Positions 9,648 to 19,249 of a stretch of DNA of 32,000 bases are shown here, piece by piece. Numbering within the stretch: position 1 is the stretch's first letter; each line of letters starts with the position of its first letter. This DNA comes from Promethearchaeota archaeon (lineage in GTDB: Archaea; Asgardarchaeota; Lokiarchaeia; Sigyniarchaeales; SOKP01): the NCBI GenBank assembly GCA_030606485.1, contig JAUWGH010000001.1:570001-602000 (forward strand), in the 5' to 3' direction. A program made the translations under genes and the position numbers. The notes beneath the pieces are model-generated. The model saw only the letters and a program-made list of their open reading frames with translations, did no database searches and had not been told where the DNA came from.

Positions 9648-9654
9648 CTCACCT
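9648..9654 (-). promoter_or_regulatory. Shine-Dalgarno-like AGGTGAG
   Basis: Complementary to the 16S 3' UCACCU; 6 nt upstream of the in-frame ATC at 9641; overlaps the TAG of the upstream gene. GGTGAG also precedes the TTG at 147. Confidence 0.6.
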
Positions 9655-10339
9655 ATATCTTTTTTAAATTTTCGCTACTTCCTAATTTTTTTAATATATT
9701 TGCTCCTGGTCCATAATAGACACCCTTCTCTATTGTATCTTTACTAATAATGGCACCAGCACCAATAACACATTCCTTGGCAATTTTTATATTATCTCTT
9801 ATTGTTGAATTAACTCCAAAAAAACATCTGGGTTCTACAATCACACTTCCTGAAATTACAACATGAGATGAAATAAAACAGTGATCTTTAATAATTGTAT
9901 GGTGACCTATATGATTTCCACTCCAGAGAATGACATTATTTCCAATTTCAACGTAAGGCTGAATTACGTTGTTCTCAAATATGAAACAATTATCACCAAT
10001 TTTTAATCCTGGCCAAATAATTGCTTTAGAGCAAATATAAGTTATTAGTTTATATCCTTTATCTTTTGCCTGATAATATTTTTCTGCTCTTAATTTATTT
10101 ACATTCCTATAACTAATGGGAATAAACATTTTAAATTGATTTGGTGGATAGATTGTTTCGATCTCTTCAAATGTTATTACCGGCAATTCATGAAAAATTT
10201 TAGTACTCATCCATTCTTTGTCAACGGTAAAGGCAATAACTTCATATGAAGAATCGTAGTTTAAATATGAATATGCTAGTTCTGCAATTTGACCAATACC
10301 AAAAAGTACAATTTTTTCCTCTTTTTTAGGTACATTCAT
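9653..10339 (-). CDS. Sugar N/O-acyltransferase, left-handed beta-helix (NeuD/PglD-like hexapeptide repeat)
   Basis: KIVLFGIGQIAE N-terminal domain; hexapeptide repeats IGDNCFIFEN, IGNNVILWSGNHIGHH, IAKECVIGAGAII. Confidence 0.88.
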   Translation of the reverse strand: MNVPKKEEKIVLFGIGQIAELAYSYLNYDSSYEVIAFTVDKEWMSTKIFHELPVITFEEIETIYPPNQFKMFIPISYRNVNKLRAEKYYQAKDKGYKLITYICSKAIIWPGLKIGDNCFIFENNVIQPYVEIGNNVILWSGNHIGHHTIIKDHCFISSHVVISGSVIVEPRCFFGVNSTIRDNIKIAKECVIGAGAIISKDTIEKGVYYGPGANILKKLGSSENLKKI

Positions 10340-10493
10340 AATTTTAAACCAAACTATTATTTCTAATAAAAATAAACCTCTAATTTTTTTAAATCATCAA
10401 TTTTTTGGATAATAAATTGCAATCTGAATTATTTTTTTTTGTATTTAAATTTATTTAATGTTTAATTTTTCATTTTCTTCATTCAATTGCACC

Positions 10494-11189
10494 CTAAATT
10501 AATTCATAATTGTAAAGCATTTTCTGAACCTCATTTTTTGAATTCCACATCAAAACATCAATAATAGATAAATTTGGTATGAAATCGTATTTCCCTTGGG
10601 AGTATGTGATTTTATTAATTTTAAGGAAATTAAGTTTTATTTGAAATTCTTGAAATTTTTTTTTTGAATATAAATCAACACCTCCTACGGGGTTTATATA
10701 ATGTTTACACCCCAACTTATTACATATTTCAATAATTTTATTTTCTCTTTTAAGAGAATTATCCTTTGGTATTTCAGAAGAGATATATTTTTTTGTTTTA
10801 ATCTCCAAATAAGTACAAATTTTATTTGTTAAATTGATATTTAAATTTGAAATTTTTTCACTTGGAAGAATATAAGGAAAAATAAGCTTCTTTATTATAT
10901 TATAATATACCGCCTTTTGATAATTGTGATCAATGGATTTTTTTAACTTTTTTATTGATCTTTTATCATTTACCACATAAACTTCATTAATTTTAGCAGA
11001 GAGGGGAGATCTTTTAACTGGTAAGATAATATATTGCCAAGTATTCTCCATTTTGATTCTATTTCTATTTACCCATCCTCTTCTAATATATTGAACGTCA
11101 TCAAAATACACGAATTTATCTACTGCATTAATTAAAGCAAAATATCCAATATATGGAAGAAAATATGGTTGTACTATTCCAATTTTCAT
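10494..11189 (-). CDS. wbqC: WbqC-like protein
   Basis: IVQPYFLPYIGYF, FDDVQYIRRGWVNRNRI, YINPVGGVDLY, NLSIIDVLMWN. Confidence 0.9.
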   Translation of the reverse strand: MKIGIVQPYFLPYIGYFALINAVDKFVYFDDVQYIRRGWVNRNRIKMENTWQYIILPVKRSPLSAKINEVYVVNDKRSIKKLKKSIDHNYQKAVYYNIIKKLIFPYILPSEKISNLNINLTNKICTYLEIKTKKYISSEIPKDNSLKRENKIIEICNKLGCKHYINPVGGVDLYSKKKFQEFQIKLNFLKINKITYSQGKYDFIPNLSIIDVLMWNSKNEVQKMLYNYELI

Positions 11190-11242
11190 ATATTATTCAA
11201 ATTTTAAAAATTAATTCATAATAATTGAAATTCTGAATATAA

Positions 11243-12169
11243 TCAATATGCATATAATTTCCCATTTTTCATTTTAATCTTGTAATCATCTCTTAGATTT
11301 TTGATTATCTTTGGTAATACTATTGGATCATCAGGTAGATGGTAAGTACATATAGAAAGTTTAGGTTTAAACTTAGATATAATTTGTTTTGCACCCAATA
11401 AAGCATCCCTTTCCATACCTTCGATATCCATTTTAATAAAATCTACCTTATCTAGATTATACTCTCTATAAATTTGATCAAGAGTAATACATTTAATTCT
11501 ACGTTTCTCAACTATATTCGTTTTATTATAAATGCCAGAAGCACTTGGATAGTTTGGATTGAAGTTTAAGGTGAAGTTCTTATTATTTTTACAAACAGCT
11601 TTTTGAATAATTATTACATTTTTGAGATTATTTTGATTGACATTTTTTAATAATAATTTAATGTTTTCCTTAAAAGGTTCAAAGACAAAAACTTTTCCAT
11701 GATGTGCCTTTTTTGAGGCAACTATTGTAAAATGCCCAATAAATCCCCCACAATCGAATACAATATCTTTAGGGTCAATAATAATACTTTTGTCATTAAA
11801 ATAGTTTGCTTCAATAAAAGATAAAGGGTGGAAAATTTCACCCCCGTATATTGCGGGAAAAATCATAATTAAGAATGATTCGATAAAGTATTCAGCCGAT
11901 GTTCGTTTAGGATTAGATGTAAAGGGAAAGAAGGTAACTTTTAACCCATCAAAATTATAATAATCCCCACAATTATAAACTTGAAGTAATTTTTGAAATT
12001 TATTACAAAAATGGGCTTTTTTCCAAAAGATGCTTTTCATAAATAAGATTTTCCACGTTAAGGGAACTCTATTTTTCTTCATAAAGGTTAGTAATAAATT
12101 ATATGTTAATTTTAATCTACCAATTATATTTTCAAAAAAATTAAAAAATCTAATTAAAAAATGTTTCAT
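11243..12169 (-). CDS. FkbM-family methyltransferase
   Basis: VFDCGGFIGHF, VFVFEP, ITLDQ...VDFIKMDIEGME, KPKLSICTYH. Confidence 0.88.
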   Translation of the reverse strand: MKHFLIRFFNFFENIIGRLKLTYNLLLTFMKKNRVPLTWKILFMKSIFWKKAHFCNKFQKLLQVYNCGDYYNFDGLKVTFFPFTSNPKRTSAEYFIESFLIMIFPAIYGGEIFHPLSFIEANYFNDKSIIIDPKDIVFDCGGFIGHFTIVASKKAHHGKVFVFEPFKENIKLLLKNVNQNNLKNVIIIQKAVCKNNKNFTLNFNPNYPSASGIYNKTNIVEKRRIKCITLDQIYREYNLDKVDFIKMDIEGMERDALLGAKQIISKFKPKLSICTYHLPDDPIVLPKIIKNLRDDYKIKMKNGKLYAY

Positions 12170-12189
12170 TTTTTTATTGTCTTATTTTT

Positions 12190-13317
12190 TTATTCCTTTT
12201 TTAGATATAATAAAATTTCACATATTTTTAAAATATCTTCTTCCATTAATTCCCCATAAATGGGAAGACATAATATTTCATTAGCAATTTTTTCTGCATT
12301 TGGAAAATTATCTGCATCTTTGCATGGATAATATTTATATTGAGTGCATATAGGATAAAAATATTTACGGGTAAAGACATTATATTTTTTCATTTCCTCA
12401 TAAACTTGATCTCTATTCAAACTAAATTCAAATTCATCAATAAGAATTGGAAAATATTGATAATTATATATCACTTCTTTATTTTCTTCTAAAAATCTTA
12501 TTCCTATTATATCTTTAAGATTAACTTTATAAATTTTAGTTAATTTTTTCCTTTTTTCAATTTCTTCATCAACTAGATTAAGATTTAATAATCCAATTGC
12601 CGCTTGAATTTCATTCATTTTGGCATTTGTTCCTGGTAAAAATATATCTTCTTCACCTTTAATTCCAAAATTTTTTAATAAAAAAAATTTTAAATTAAAT
12701 TTTTCATCATTATAAGTAAGAGCTCCGCCTTCCAAGGTATGAAATATTTTAGTTGCGTGGAAGCTAAACATATTTACATCTCCAAAAGTTCCAATTGCTT
12801 TTCCTTTATATTCTACACCAAAGCAGTGAGCAGAATCGTAAATTACTTTAAGACTGTATTTTTTGGCTATATTATCTATTTTTTCTACATCACAAGGATT
12901 TCCAAAAACATGAACCGGCATTAATGCACTTGTATTTGGTGTTATTAAATTTTCAATTTCATCAGGATTTATATTAAAATCATCTAATTTAATATCACAA
13001 AAAATTGGAGTTATATTATTTTGATATAATGAGTTTATTGTAGCTGGAAATGTAAATGGGGTTGTAATCACCTCCCCAGTTAATTCTAGTGCTTGACATG
13101 CTAATTGTAAAGCTAATGTACCATTACAAAAAAGTGATAAATTTTTAACTTTTAGGTATTTTTTTAATTCTAATTCAAATGTTTTATGTTGCTGTCCAAA
13201 ATTAGTCAGCCATTTTGATTCCCAAATCTCTTTAATTTTTTTATAGACCTCATTTAATGGTGGCAATAAAGGACGTGTAATATATATTGGTTTATTAAAA
13301 GATTTTATTTCTTTCAA
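12190..13317 (-). CDS. vioA: DegT-family aminotransferase, VioA-like (dTDP-4-amino-4,6-dideoxyglucose transaminase)
   Basis: PIYITRPLLP, FCNGTLAL, TTPFTFPAT, YDSAHCFG, FSFHATKIFHTLEGG, NAKMNE, RKYFYP; TTG start; near wbqC. Confidence 0.85.
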   Translation of the reverse strand: MKEIKSFNKPIYITRPLLPPLNEVYKKIKEIWESKWLTNFGQQHKTFELELKKYLKVKNLSLFCNGTLALQLACQALELTGEVITTPFTFPATINSLYQNNITPIFCDIKLDDFNINPDEIENLITPNTSALMPVHVFGNPCDVEKIDNIAKKYSLKVIYDSAHCFGVEYKGKAIGTFGDVNMFSFHATKIFHTLEGGALTYNDEKFNLKFFLLKNFGIKGEEDIFLPGTNAKMNEIQAAIGLLNLNLVDEEIEKRKKLTKIYKVNLKDIIGIRFLEENKEVIYNYQYFPILIDEFEFSLNRDQVYEEMKKYNVFTRKYFYPICTQYKYYPCKDADNFPNAEKIANEILCLPIYGELMEEDILKICEILLYLKKE

Positions 13318-13496
13318 GTTTTTAAAAATTAATTTTGATTTCTTTTAATTTGAGAATAAAGATAATAATAAAAAATTTTGCTAAGCACAAAAAATTTGTA
13401 GTATAATCTATTTTTAACCAAAACATCCTAGACTAATAGAAGGAGAAATATATGTAGAAAAATTATTGATAGCTATAAAAGTTTGAAACTCGAAAT

Positions 13497-14282
13497 TTAT
13501 TTCTCAATTTTCCCAAGCGCAAACATATAAGAATATATTTCATTATCATTACGTTTTATTTTTAAAAAAGGATTCCTTTTAAAATAAATTGTCAGGATAT
13601 TTATTAAATATCGGAAAACTGGTTTATTTATACCAAAAATCGATAACATTTGATTATATAATAATAAATAGCGCAATTTATGACTTTGAATGATTTTAAC
13701 ATCTGAAAAAAAATCATTTAAAAGATTTTTAAATTCTTGGGGAAAAAACTCATAATAATGCATTTTATCTCGGGGAATCTCTGTATATCGAATTGGGGTT
13801 CCAATAATAATTATTGAATTATTTTTTCCAACTCTTTTGATTTCTGAGAGCATTTTTTTTGCTTCTACAATATGTTCTATAACATCCGAGGAGATAATCA
13901 TATCAAAATAATTATCCTCAAAAGGAATATTATAAAGATCTGCTTCTTTGAAAAATCCTTTCGGATTTTTTTCTCTTGCAACACTTAATGCGGAATCTGA
14001 AGAATCAACACCATATAATTCCAAGTTATAATCTTTTATTTTTTGATTAAGTAAATAAAAAAGAACAGCATCTCCACACCCAACATCTAATATTTTGACA
14101 TAATTTTTATTATTATATTTCTTAAGTGCTATTGATACTAATTTTAATTCAATTTGATATCTAGCAAATACATATGCGTTAAAAGTTGCAATATTGCTTG
14201 AATCTATATCTTTATAATGATAATCTGGACCCCTTGTTTGATATTTGCCAAATTTTATTTCAATCTTTTTTTTATTTGACAT
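13497..14282 (-). CDS. Class I SAM-dependent methyltransferase (Methyltransf_11-like)
   Basis: KILDVGCGDA motif I, LYGVDSS, IPFEDNYFDMIISSDVIEH. Confidence 0.88.
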   Translation of the reverse strand: MSNKKKIEIKFGKYQTRGPDYHYKDIDSSNIATFNAYVFARYQIELKLVSIALKKYNNKNYVKILDVGCGDAVLFYLLNQKIKDYNLELYGVDSSDSALSVAREKNPKGFFKEADLYNIPFEDNYFDMIISSDVIEHIVEAKKMLSEIKRVGKNNSIIIIGTPIRYTEIPRDKMHYYEFFPQEFKNLLNDFFSDVKIIQSHKLRYLLLYNQMLSIFGINKPVFRYLINILTIYFKRNPFLKIKRNDNEIYSYMFALGKIEK

Positions 14283-14285
14283 AGA

Positions 14286-14935
14286 TTATTTTCTCACTAT
14301 TATAAAGTATCCACCATGAAAATTGTTTAAATGAACATTTTTTTTACAAAAAAACTTTTATCCAGTTTTACTATTCGATCTAAAATTCGAAATAATAAAA
14401 ATCCTAAATATTTATAAATTTTTAAAAAGGATTGTATCAATAATTTTAACATATCACCGAGAACAGTAAAATATCTGCCCATAGTGAATATTTTTTCTAT
14501 TTTAAATCCCAGTTTGGTTAACTCATTTTTCCATTTTGTATTGGTCCATCGTTGAAAACCATAAGGATCAGCATGAATATGATATAAAAATGGAGCTGAT
14601 ATGAGAAGAACACCATTCTCTTTTAACACACGATAACATTCTTTAAGACCACTGCTAATATCTTCAACATGTTCAAAAAGTTCCATTGCATTTATAATAT
14701 CTATACTATTAGAAGAAATTTGAGTCATATTTGTAATATCTAAAACTATGTCAGGTTTATATTCTATATTAATATCAGCAAAAATCTATTTTTCAACTTT
14801 ATCCATAGGTTTTATGAATTTTCCTCTATTTCTTCCTCCAATATCTAAAAGAACCCCATTATATAGATATTTATATTTTTCTTGAATTATGTCTAATAAT
14901 TTTCTTTTATACGTAGCCCATCTATAATATTCCAA
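14286..14935 (-). pseudogene. Class I SAM methyltransferase disrupted by an in-frame TAG (14786-14788) and a frameshift in an A8 run (14338-14345)
   Basis: From TTG 14935: MEYYRWATYKRKLLDIIQEKYKYLYNGVLLDIGGRNRGKFIKPMDKVEK*IFADIN...DITN, in frame with track ORF 14327..14728. Adding one A near the 3' end gives NVHLNNFHGGYFIIVRK*, ending at 14286, 3 nt before the next ATG. Confidence 0.8.
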
Positions 14936-14983
14936 TTTAATATATCCTGTTTTTTATCATTAATTATAATTTAAATTTTCTTT

Positions 14984-16027
14984 TTAAGGCAACAATAGAT
15001 TTTTTATCGAACTAAAAGATCTTTCTCTCATTTTTTCTATGATATATATAAGTAAAATCTTGATTAGTTTGAATACCTTAATTTTTTTAGGTGTATAAAC
15101 CTTTTTTTTATAATCTTGATATATTCTTTTCATAAATCTAATATATTTTTGTGCAACTTCATCCAAATGTGGAAGATTTATATTTTTTTGATATAAAGAG
15201 TAATTTTTTACAACCTTTTCTATGCTTTTAGTTATATCTTTTTTACTTATGAATATTTCACCACCTTTTCTTATAATTTCTGGATGACCTCCGCTATATC
15301 GAACAACTGCAGGTAAACCACAGTGCAAAGCTTCAATTAAAGAATTTGAACAAGGGTCATTAAGTGAAGCCGCAATATAGATATTATGTTGTTTCAAATA
15401 TTTTGCCAAATTATGACTTTTTATAGGTTTAATCCATTTAATATTTTTAAATTTAATCGGTGAGTTTCCAATAAAAGTAAGATCGTATTTCGAATAATCC
15501 AAATTCTCATCTAAATATTGATAAATTTTAAAACCTTTTATCCAATTAGCTGACCAGCTACTTGCAATAAGTCTTATTTTTTTAAATTTTTCAAATTTTA
15601 ATTTATTTTCATTATTGAAAATTACTGGATTGGGAGCATTCATAATTATTGTTTCATATATATTTTTTTTCAGACCCAATCGAATATTCTCTTCTCTACT
15701 CCAAGTAGATTGAAAAATCGTTCCATCTGCTAATTGATTATTAAAATTGAAGATTAATCTATCAATCTGAAAATCTTTATTTCTTACTTTAAATATTGGC
15801 CCATCAACTCGGTGAATAAAAATTTTATTCTGATATTTTAATTTTAATCTCAATACTTTCTCGAGATTATGATGAGAGTTAAATAAAATACAATCTGCCT
15901 TTTTTGGATTTTCCTCATATATCGTTTTTTTTAAAAATTCCTCTCTTAATGCCTTTAAAAATTGATTTCCACCTCCCCAAGGACCTTTATGAAAATTATA
16001 AAGAATATGTATTTTTATTTCTTTCAT
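14984..16027 (-). CDS. Glycosyltransferase (GT4-like, GT-B fold)
   Basis: GPWGGGNQFLKAL, HRVDG, ASWSANWIKG, DPCSNSLIEALHCGLPAV (Ex7E-region variant). Confidence 0.82.
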   Translation of the reverse strand: MKEIKIHILYNFHKGPWGGGNQFLKALREEFLKKTIYEENPKKADCILFNSHHNLEKVLRLKLKYQNKIFIHRVDGPIFKVRNKDFQIDRLIFNFNNQLADGTIFQSTWSREENIRLGLKKNIYETIIMNAPNPVIFNNENKLKFEKFKKIRLIASSWSANWIKGFKIYQYLDENLDYSKYDLTFIGNSPIKFKNIKWIKPIKSHNLAKYLKQHNIYIAASLNDPCSNSLIEALHCGLPAVVRYSGGHPEIIRKGGEIFISKKDITKSIEKVVKNYSLYQKNINLPHLDEVAQKYIRFMKRIYQDYKKKVYTPKKIKVFKLIKILLIYIIEKMRERSFSSIKNLLLP

Positions 16028-16028
16028 T

Positions 16029-17321
16029 CTATTCAGTTAATTTATAAGGATTTTCATTTAAAAGATAAATTCCTTTACGTTCAATTATTTTTATTTTTTT
16101 ATAAGCATTGGTAAAGAAAGATCGTATCGCAAGATCTCTCTTTTTCATATATTCTTTATTATTTAGACATCTTAACCTTGGAGTATCCGGATCCTTGCAA
16201 AACTGACAAATAGGATTATTATTTATAACTTTTCTAAAATACCTAATTAGTTCATGGTTCCAAATATCTTTATTAAAATCTCCCTCAAATTCTTTAAAGT
16301 TTAACCTAAAAAGCATAATTCTATTACAAATCCCAATATAATGAGAGTTTTCATATTCAACTGCTCCTTTTAATTTAATATCTGTCCAAGGATTCACACA
16401 ATAATTGCTGTTGCAAACATTACTCCCATTAACTTCAAGATTTATATAATTCGGAGGATATGGTGATATGTTAATATTGATTAATTTTGCATATTCATAA
16501 ATATCCTCTAAAAATTTATTTCCCTCTTCAGGAAAAAAATAAAAACTTGCTTTATCATCAATTAAATTTCTAGAGGCATAATACTGGTTTATATTAACTA
16601 CATCAATATTAATCGATTTTAAAATTTTAAGCAGCTTCTTTATCGTGTTTTGATTCAATTTAAATATTAGACAATTAACTATTATTTTTGGTTTATTACT
16701 ACCTTTTAAATTCCTAATTTTAATTAATTTTTCTAGATTACCGATAACTTTATTAAAATCACCTCCTTGAAGGCTAGCGTAATTTTTTTCTTCACCCGAA
16801 TGTACTGAAGCCATAATTATATCAAATTTTATATTAACAAATTGATCTGCCAGATTTTTATCTAATAATGAAGCATTAGTGGTAAGAGATAAATTATTCT
16901 TCATTTCCTTTAGTTTTTTACAAATATTGATGATATTAGGATTGATCAATGGTTCTCCTGTTGCACCAGATAATTCAATATTTTGAGATCTTTCAAATAA
17001 TTTAGAAAATTTTTCAATATAATCTACTTTCAAATTATTGGGAAAAATTTTTCCTGCTGTTTTTTTTGCAAAATCGTAAAAATAATGGATTTCACAAAAT
17101 TTACATCGATAATTACAGAGATTTGTTGTATTTAAAAATACATTAAAGGGATAGGATCTTAAATGATCTTTTTTTTTGTTTGATTCAAAATTATTAATGA
17201 AAAAATTTGAATATTTTAAATTAAAAAAAAATAATTTACTCAAAATTAAATCTATAATTTTGAATTTATCATATCTTTTATATATTTTAAATAATAATTG
17301 ATTAAAATTGGATAATTTCAT
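16029..17321 (-). CDS. Radical SAM protein with a Cys-rich C-terminal SPASM/twitch-like domain
   Basis: TTNLCNYRCKFC (CxxxCxxC), SGATGEPLINP, TTNASLL; C-terminal CVNPW...CNRI...CQFC...C. Confidence 0.88.
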   Translation of the reverse strand: MKLSNFNQLLFKIYKRYDKFKIIDLILSKLFFFNLKYSNFFINNFESNKKKDHLRSYPFNVFLNTTNLCNYRCKFCEIHYFYDFAKKTAGKIFPNNLKVDYIEKFSKLFERSQNIELSGATGEPLINPNIINICKKLKEMKNNLSLTTNASLLDKNLADQFVNIKFDIIMASVHSGEEKNYASLQGGDFNKVIGNLEKLIKIRNLKGSNKPKIIVNCLIFKLNQNTIKKLLKILKSINIDVVNINQYYASRNLIDDKASFYFFPEEGNKFLEDIYEYAKLININISPYPPNYINLEVNGSNVCNSNYCVNPWTDIKLKGAVEYENSHYIGICNRIMLFRLNFKEFEGDFNKDIWNHELIRYFRKVINNNPICQFCKDPDTPRLRCLNNKEYMKKRDLAIRSFFTNAYKKIKIIERKGIYLLNENPYKLTE

Positions 17322-17342
17322 AGTTATATAATAAAATTTCTT

Positions 17343-18449
17343 TTATTCTAATAACTTTTTATATATTTTAAAATAATATTGTTTAGCTACATTTTGCCAA
17401 CTATATTTTTTTATAGTTTTGAATCCATTATTGATGATTTTTTTTCGCAAATCAAAGTTTTTAAGTATTTTTATTGAATTTAGAAATAATTGGTCAATAT
17501 CATCAATATCTGACATAAAACCATTAATTTCATTCTCAATTAAATATAAAGCCATTCCTACTTTCGTTGTAACTATAGGAATTCCAGTAGCCATGCATTC
17601 TAATAATGACAAGGGTCCTCCTTCAACTCTTGAGGCAATAATATACAAATCCAAAACATTATAACAATCAGCCATTTCTTTATAATTTTCCAAGTAAATG
17701 TGAGTATATGGAATTTTATACTTTTCTAATTTTTTCTTTACATAACCTCTCGCTGGTCCTGTAAGAAAAATATGTATATCAAATTTTTTTTTAATTTTTT
17801 TTACAACTTCACAAAAAATATCTGGTCCTTTAATTAATTTAGGTTCCAATCCTTCACCCCATCCGACTCCATCTTTTTGGAAAGAGCCGATTATAATTTT
17901 ATCTTTAGGTAAATTAAATTTCTTTCTTAATTGCGACTTTCTTTTTTTATTATAACTTTTAAAAATTGAAAGATCTACTCCTAAAGGAACAACCTCTATT
18001 TTATCCTTATTAAATCCTGCTTCAATTAATTTATTTTTCGTGATAAAACTTGAAGTATGTAAAATATCAATTTTTTTATTTAAATATGGTATAAATTTTA
18101 ATCTTTTATCCGATGGAACAATGTGAAACCAAGTTAATACATGCTTATTAGATTTTCTTAATTTTATTATTTTATTAGATTTAATTAAACAATTAATTGA
18201 ACCAAAGTGGATGATTTTTTTCTTTGCAAGAAATGAATAGCCAATATCTGCTTTAATTAATTTTAATTTTTTTAGATTATTTATAATCTCGCTACTAATC
18301 CAATAAATAACCCAATTACCTTCTTCTACAATTAAAATAACTTTCAAATTGAAACTTAACAGAAGTCTTTTTAATTTAAGTAGAAAATCAAACATTTTAT
18401 CCTTAAAAAATTGCCAATTTAAAATTACGTTTCCACTTTTGTCAAGCAT
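17343..18449 (-). CDS. Glycosyltransferase family 4
   Basis: VVPLGVD, IIGSFQKDG...KGPD, ASRVEGGPLSLLECMATGIPIVTT. Confidence 0.9.
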   Translation of the reverse strand: MLDKSGNVILNWQFFKDKMFDFLLKLKRLLLSFNLKVILIVEEGNWVIYWISSEIINNLKKLKLIKADIGYSFLAKKKIIHFGSINCLIKSNKIIKLRKSNKHVLTWFHIVPSDKRLKFIPYLNKKIDILHTSSFITKNKLIEAGFNKDKIEVVPLGVDLSIFKSYNKKRKSQLRKKFNLPKDKIIIGSFQKDGVGWGEGLEPKLIKGPDIFCEVVKKIKKKFDIHIFLTGPARGYVKKKLEKYKIPYTHIYLENYKEMADCYNVLDLYIIASRVEGGPLSLLECMATGIPIVTTKVGMALYLIENEINGFMSDIDDIDQLFLNSIKILKNFDLRKKIINNGFKTIKKYSWQNVAKQYYFKIYKKLLE

Positions 18450-18588
18450 TACTCTATTTTTGAGTTGTTTTAATTTATCAATAATTGATACCTTAATATT
18501 AATTTTTAAAATTATAAATTATTTATAAAAAAGGAATATTAGAATATATTTTCTTTAAGAAATATTTTGTTCATGAGAGATCGAACGT

Positions 18589-19221
18589 CTAGGATTCGAT
18601 TTTTGCCCAAATTTCGCCAAATTGAATGCTATATGACAAAATTTTTAATCCAGCTGCATCCATTTCCTTTTTGAAAGTATCAAGTGTATATTCAATATAA
18701 TGGGTTGAATCTAACATGTATTCAAATCCTAACTCCTTTTTATATAAGGGCAACCACCCCCGATTAATCATTGGAACTCGTATTAGCAAAAATTTCCCTA
18801 AATTTTTAATTTTTTTCAAAAAGATATTCCGATCTTTAATGTGTTCTAATACATTAGATAATATAATATAATCAAAAGATTCTTCAAATTGGTATTTAGT
18901 TGCATCCGCATTTATATAAATGATATTATCTCGGCTATGGTTTTTTTTAGCAATTGCGATATTTTTCTTATTTATATCGATTGCAACAACTTTTTTGGCT
19001 TTTTCTGCAATTTTATATGATATTAATCCAATTGAACAACCAATATCTAAAACATTTGAATTCTTTTCGATTTTATCGAGAAAATATTGATGATATTTCA
19101 TTATTCTATGTTTTGGGTGAATATCATCGTTTAGTTTTATTGCTAATTTGGAAATTTTTTGATAGAGATAATTATGAAGTTTAATATAAAGACTTAGACG
19201 AAATTTATCCAATTTATTCAT
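18589..19221 (-). CDS. Class I SAM-dependent methyltransferase
   Basis: VLDIGCSIG, VVAIDIN, INADAT, FDYIILSNVLEH. Confidence 0.88.
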   Translation of the reverse strand: MNKLDKFRLSLYIKLHNYLYQKISKLAIKLNDDIHPKHRIMKYHQYFLDKIEKNSNVLDIGCSIGLISYKIAEKAKKVVAIDINKKNIAIAKKNHSRDNIIYINADATKYQFEESFDYIILSNVLEHIKDRNIFLKKIKNLGKFLLIRVPMINRGWLPLYKKELGFEYMLDSTHYIEYTLDTFKKEMDAAGLKILSYSIQFGEIWAKIES

Positions 19222-19249
19222 AATTTCTTTTAATCCTTATTTTTATTTT

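Noticed and set aside
10340-10493. Tiny TTG-initiated frame (MNEENEKLNIK*) after wbqC as a deleted-gene stub
   Set aside because: Only 11 codons with no recognisable motif; indistinguishable from chance.
14786-14788. In-frame TAG as pyrrolysine or other stop-codon recoding
   Set aside because: TAG clearly terminates other genes here (9653, 10494, 16029 with the next ATG 1 nt away, 18589). The context fits TGG>TAG, and the same gene has a separate frameshift.
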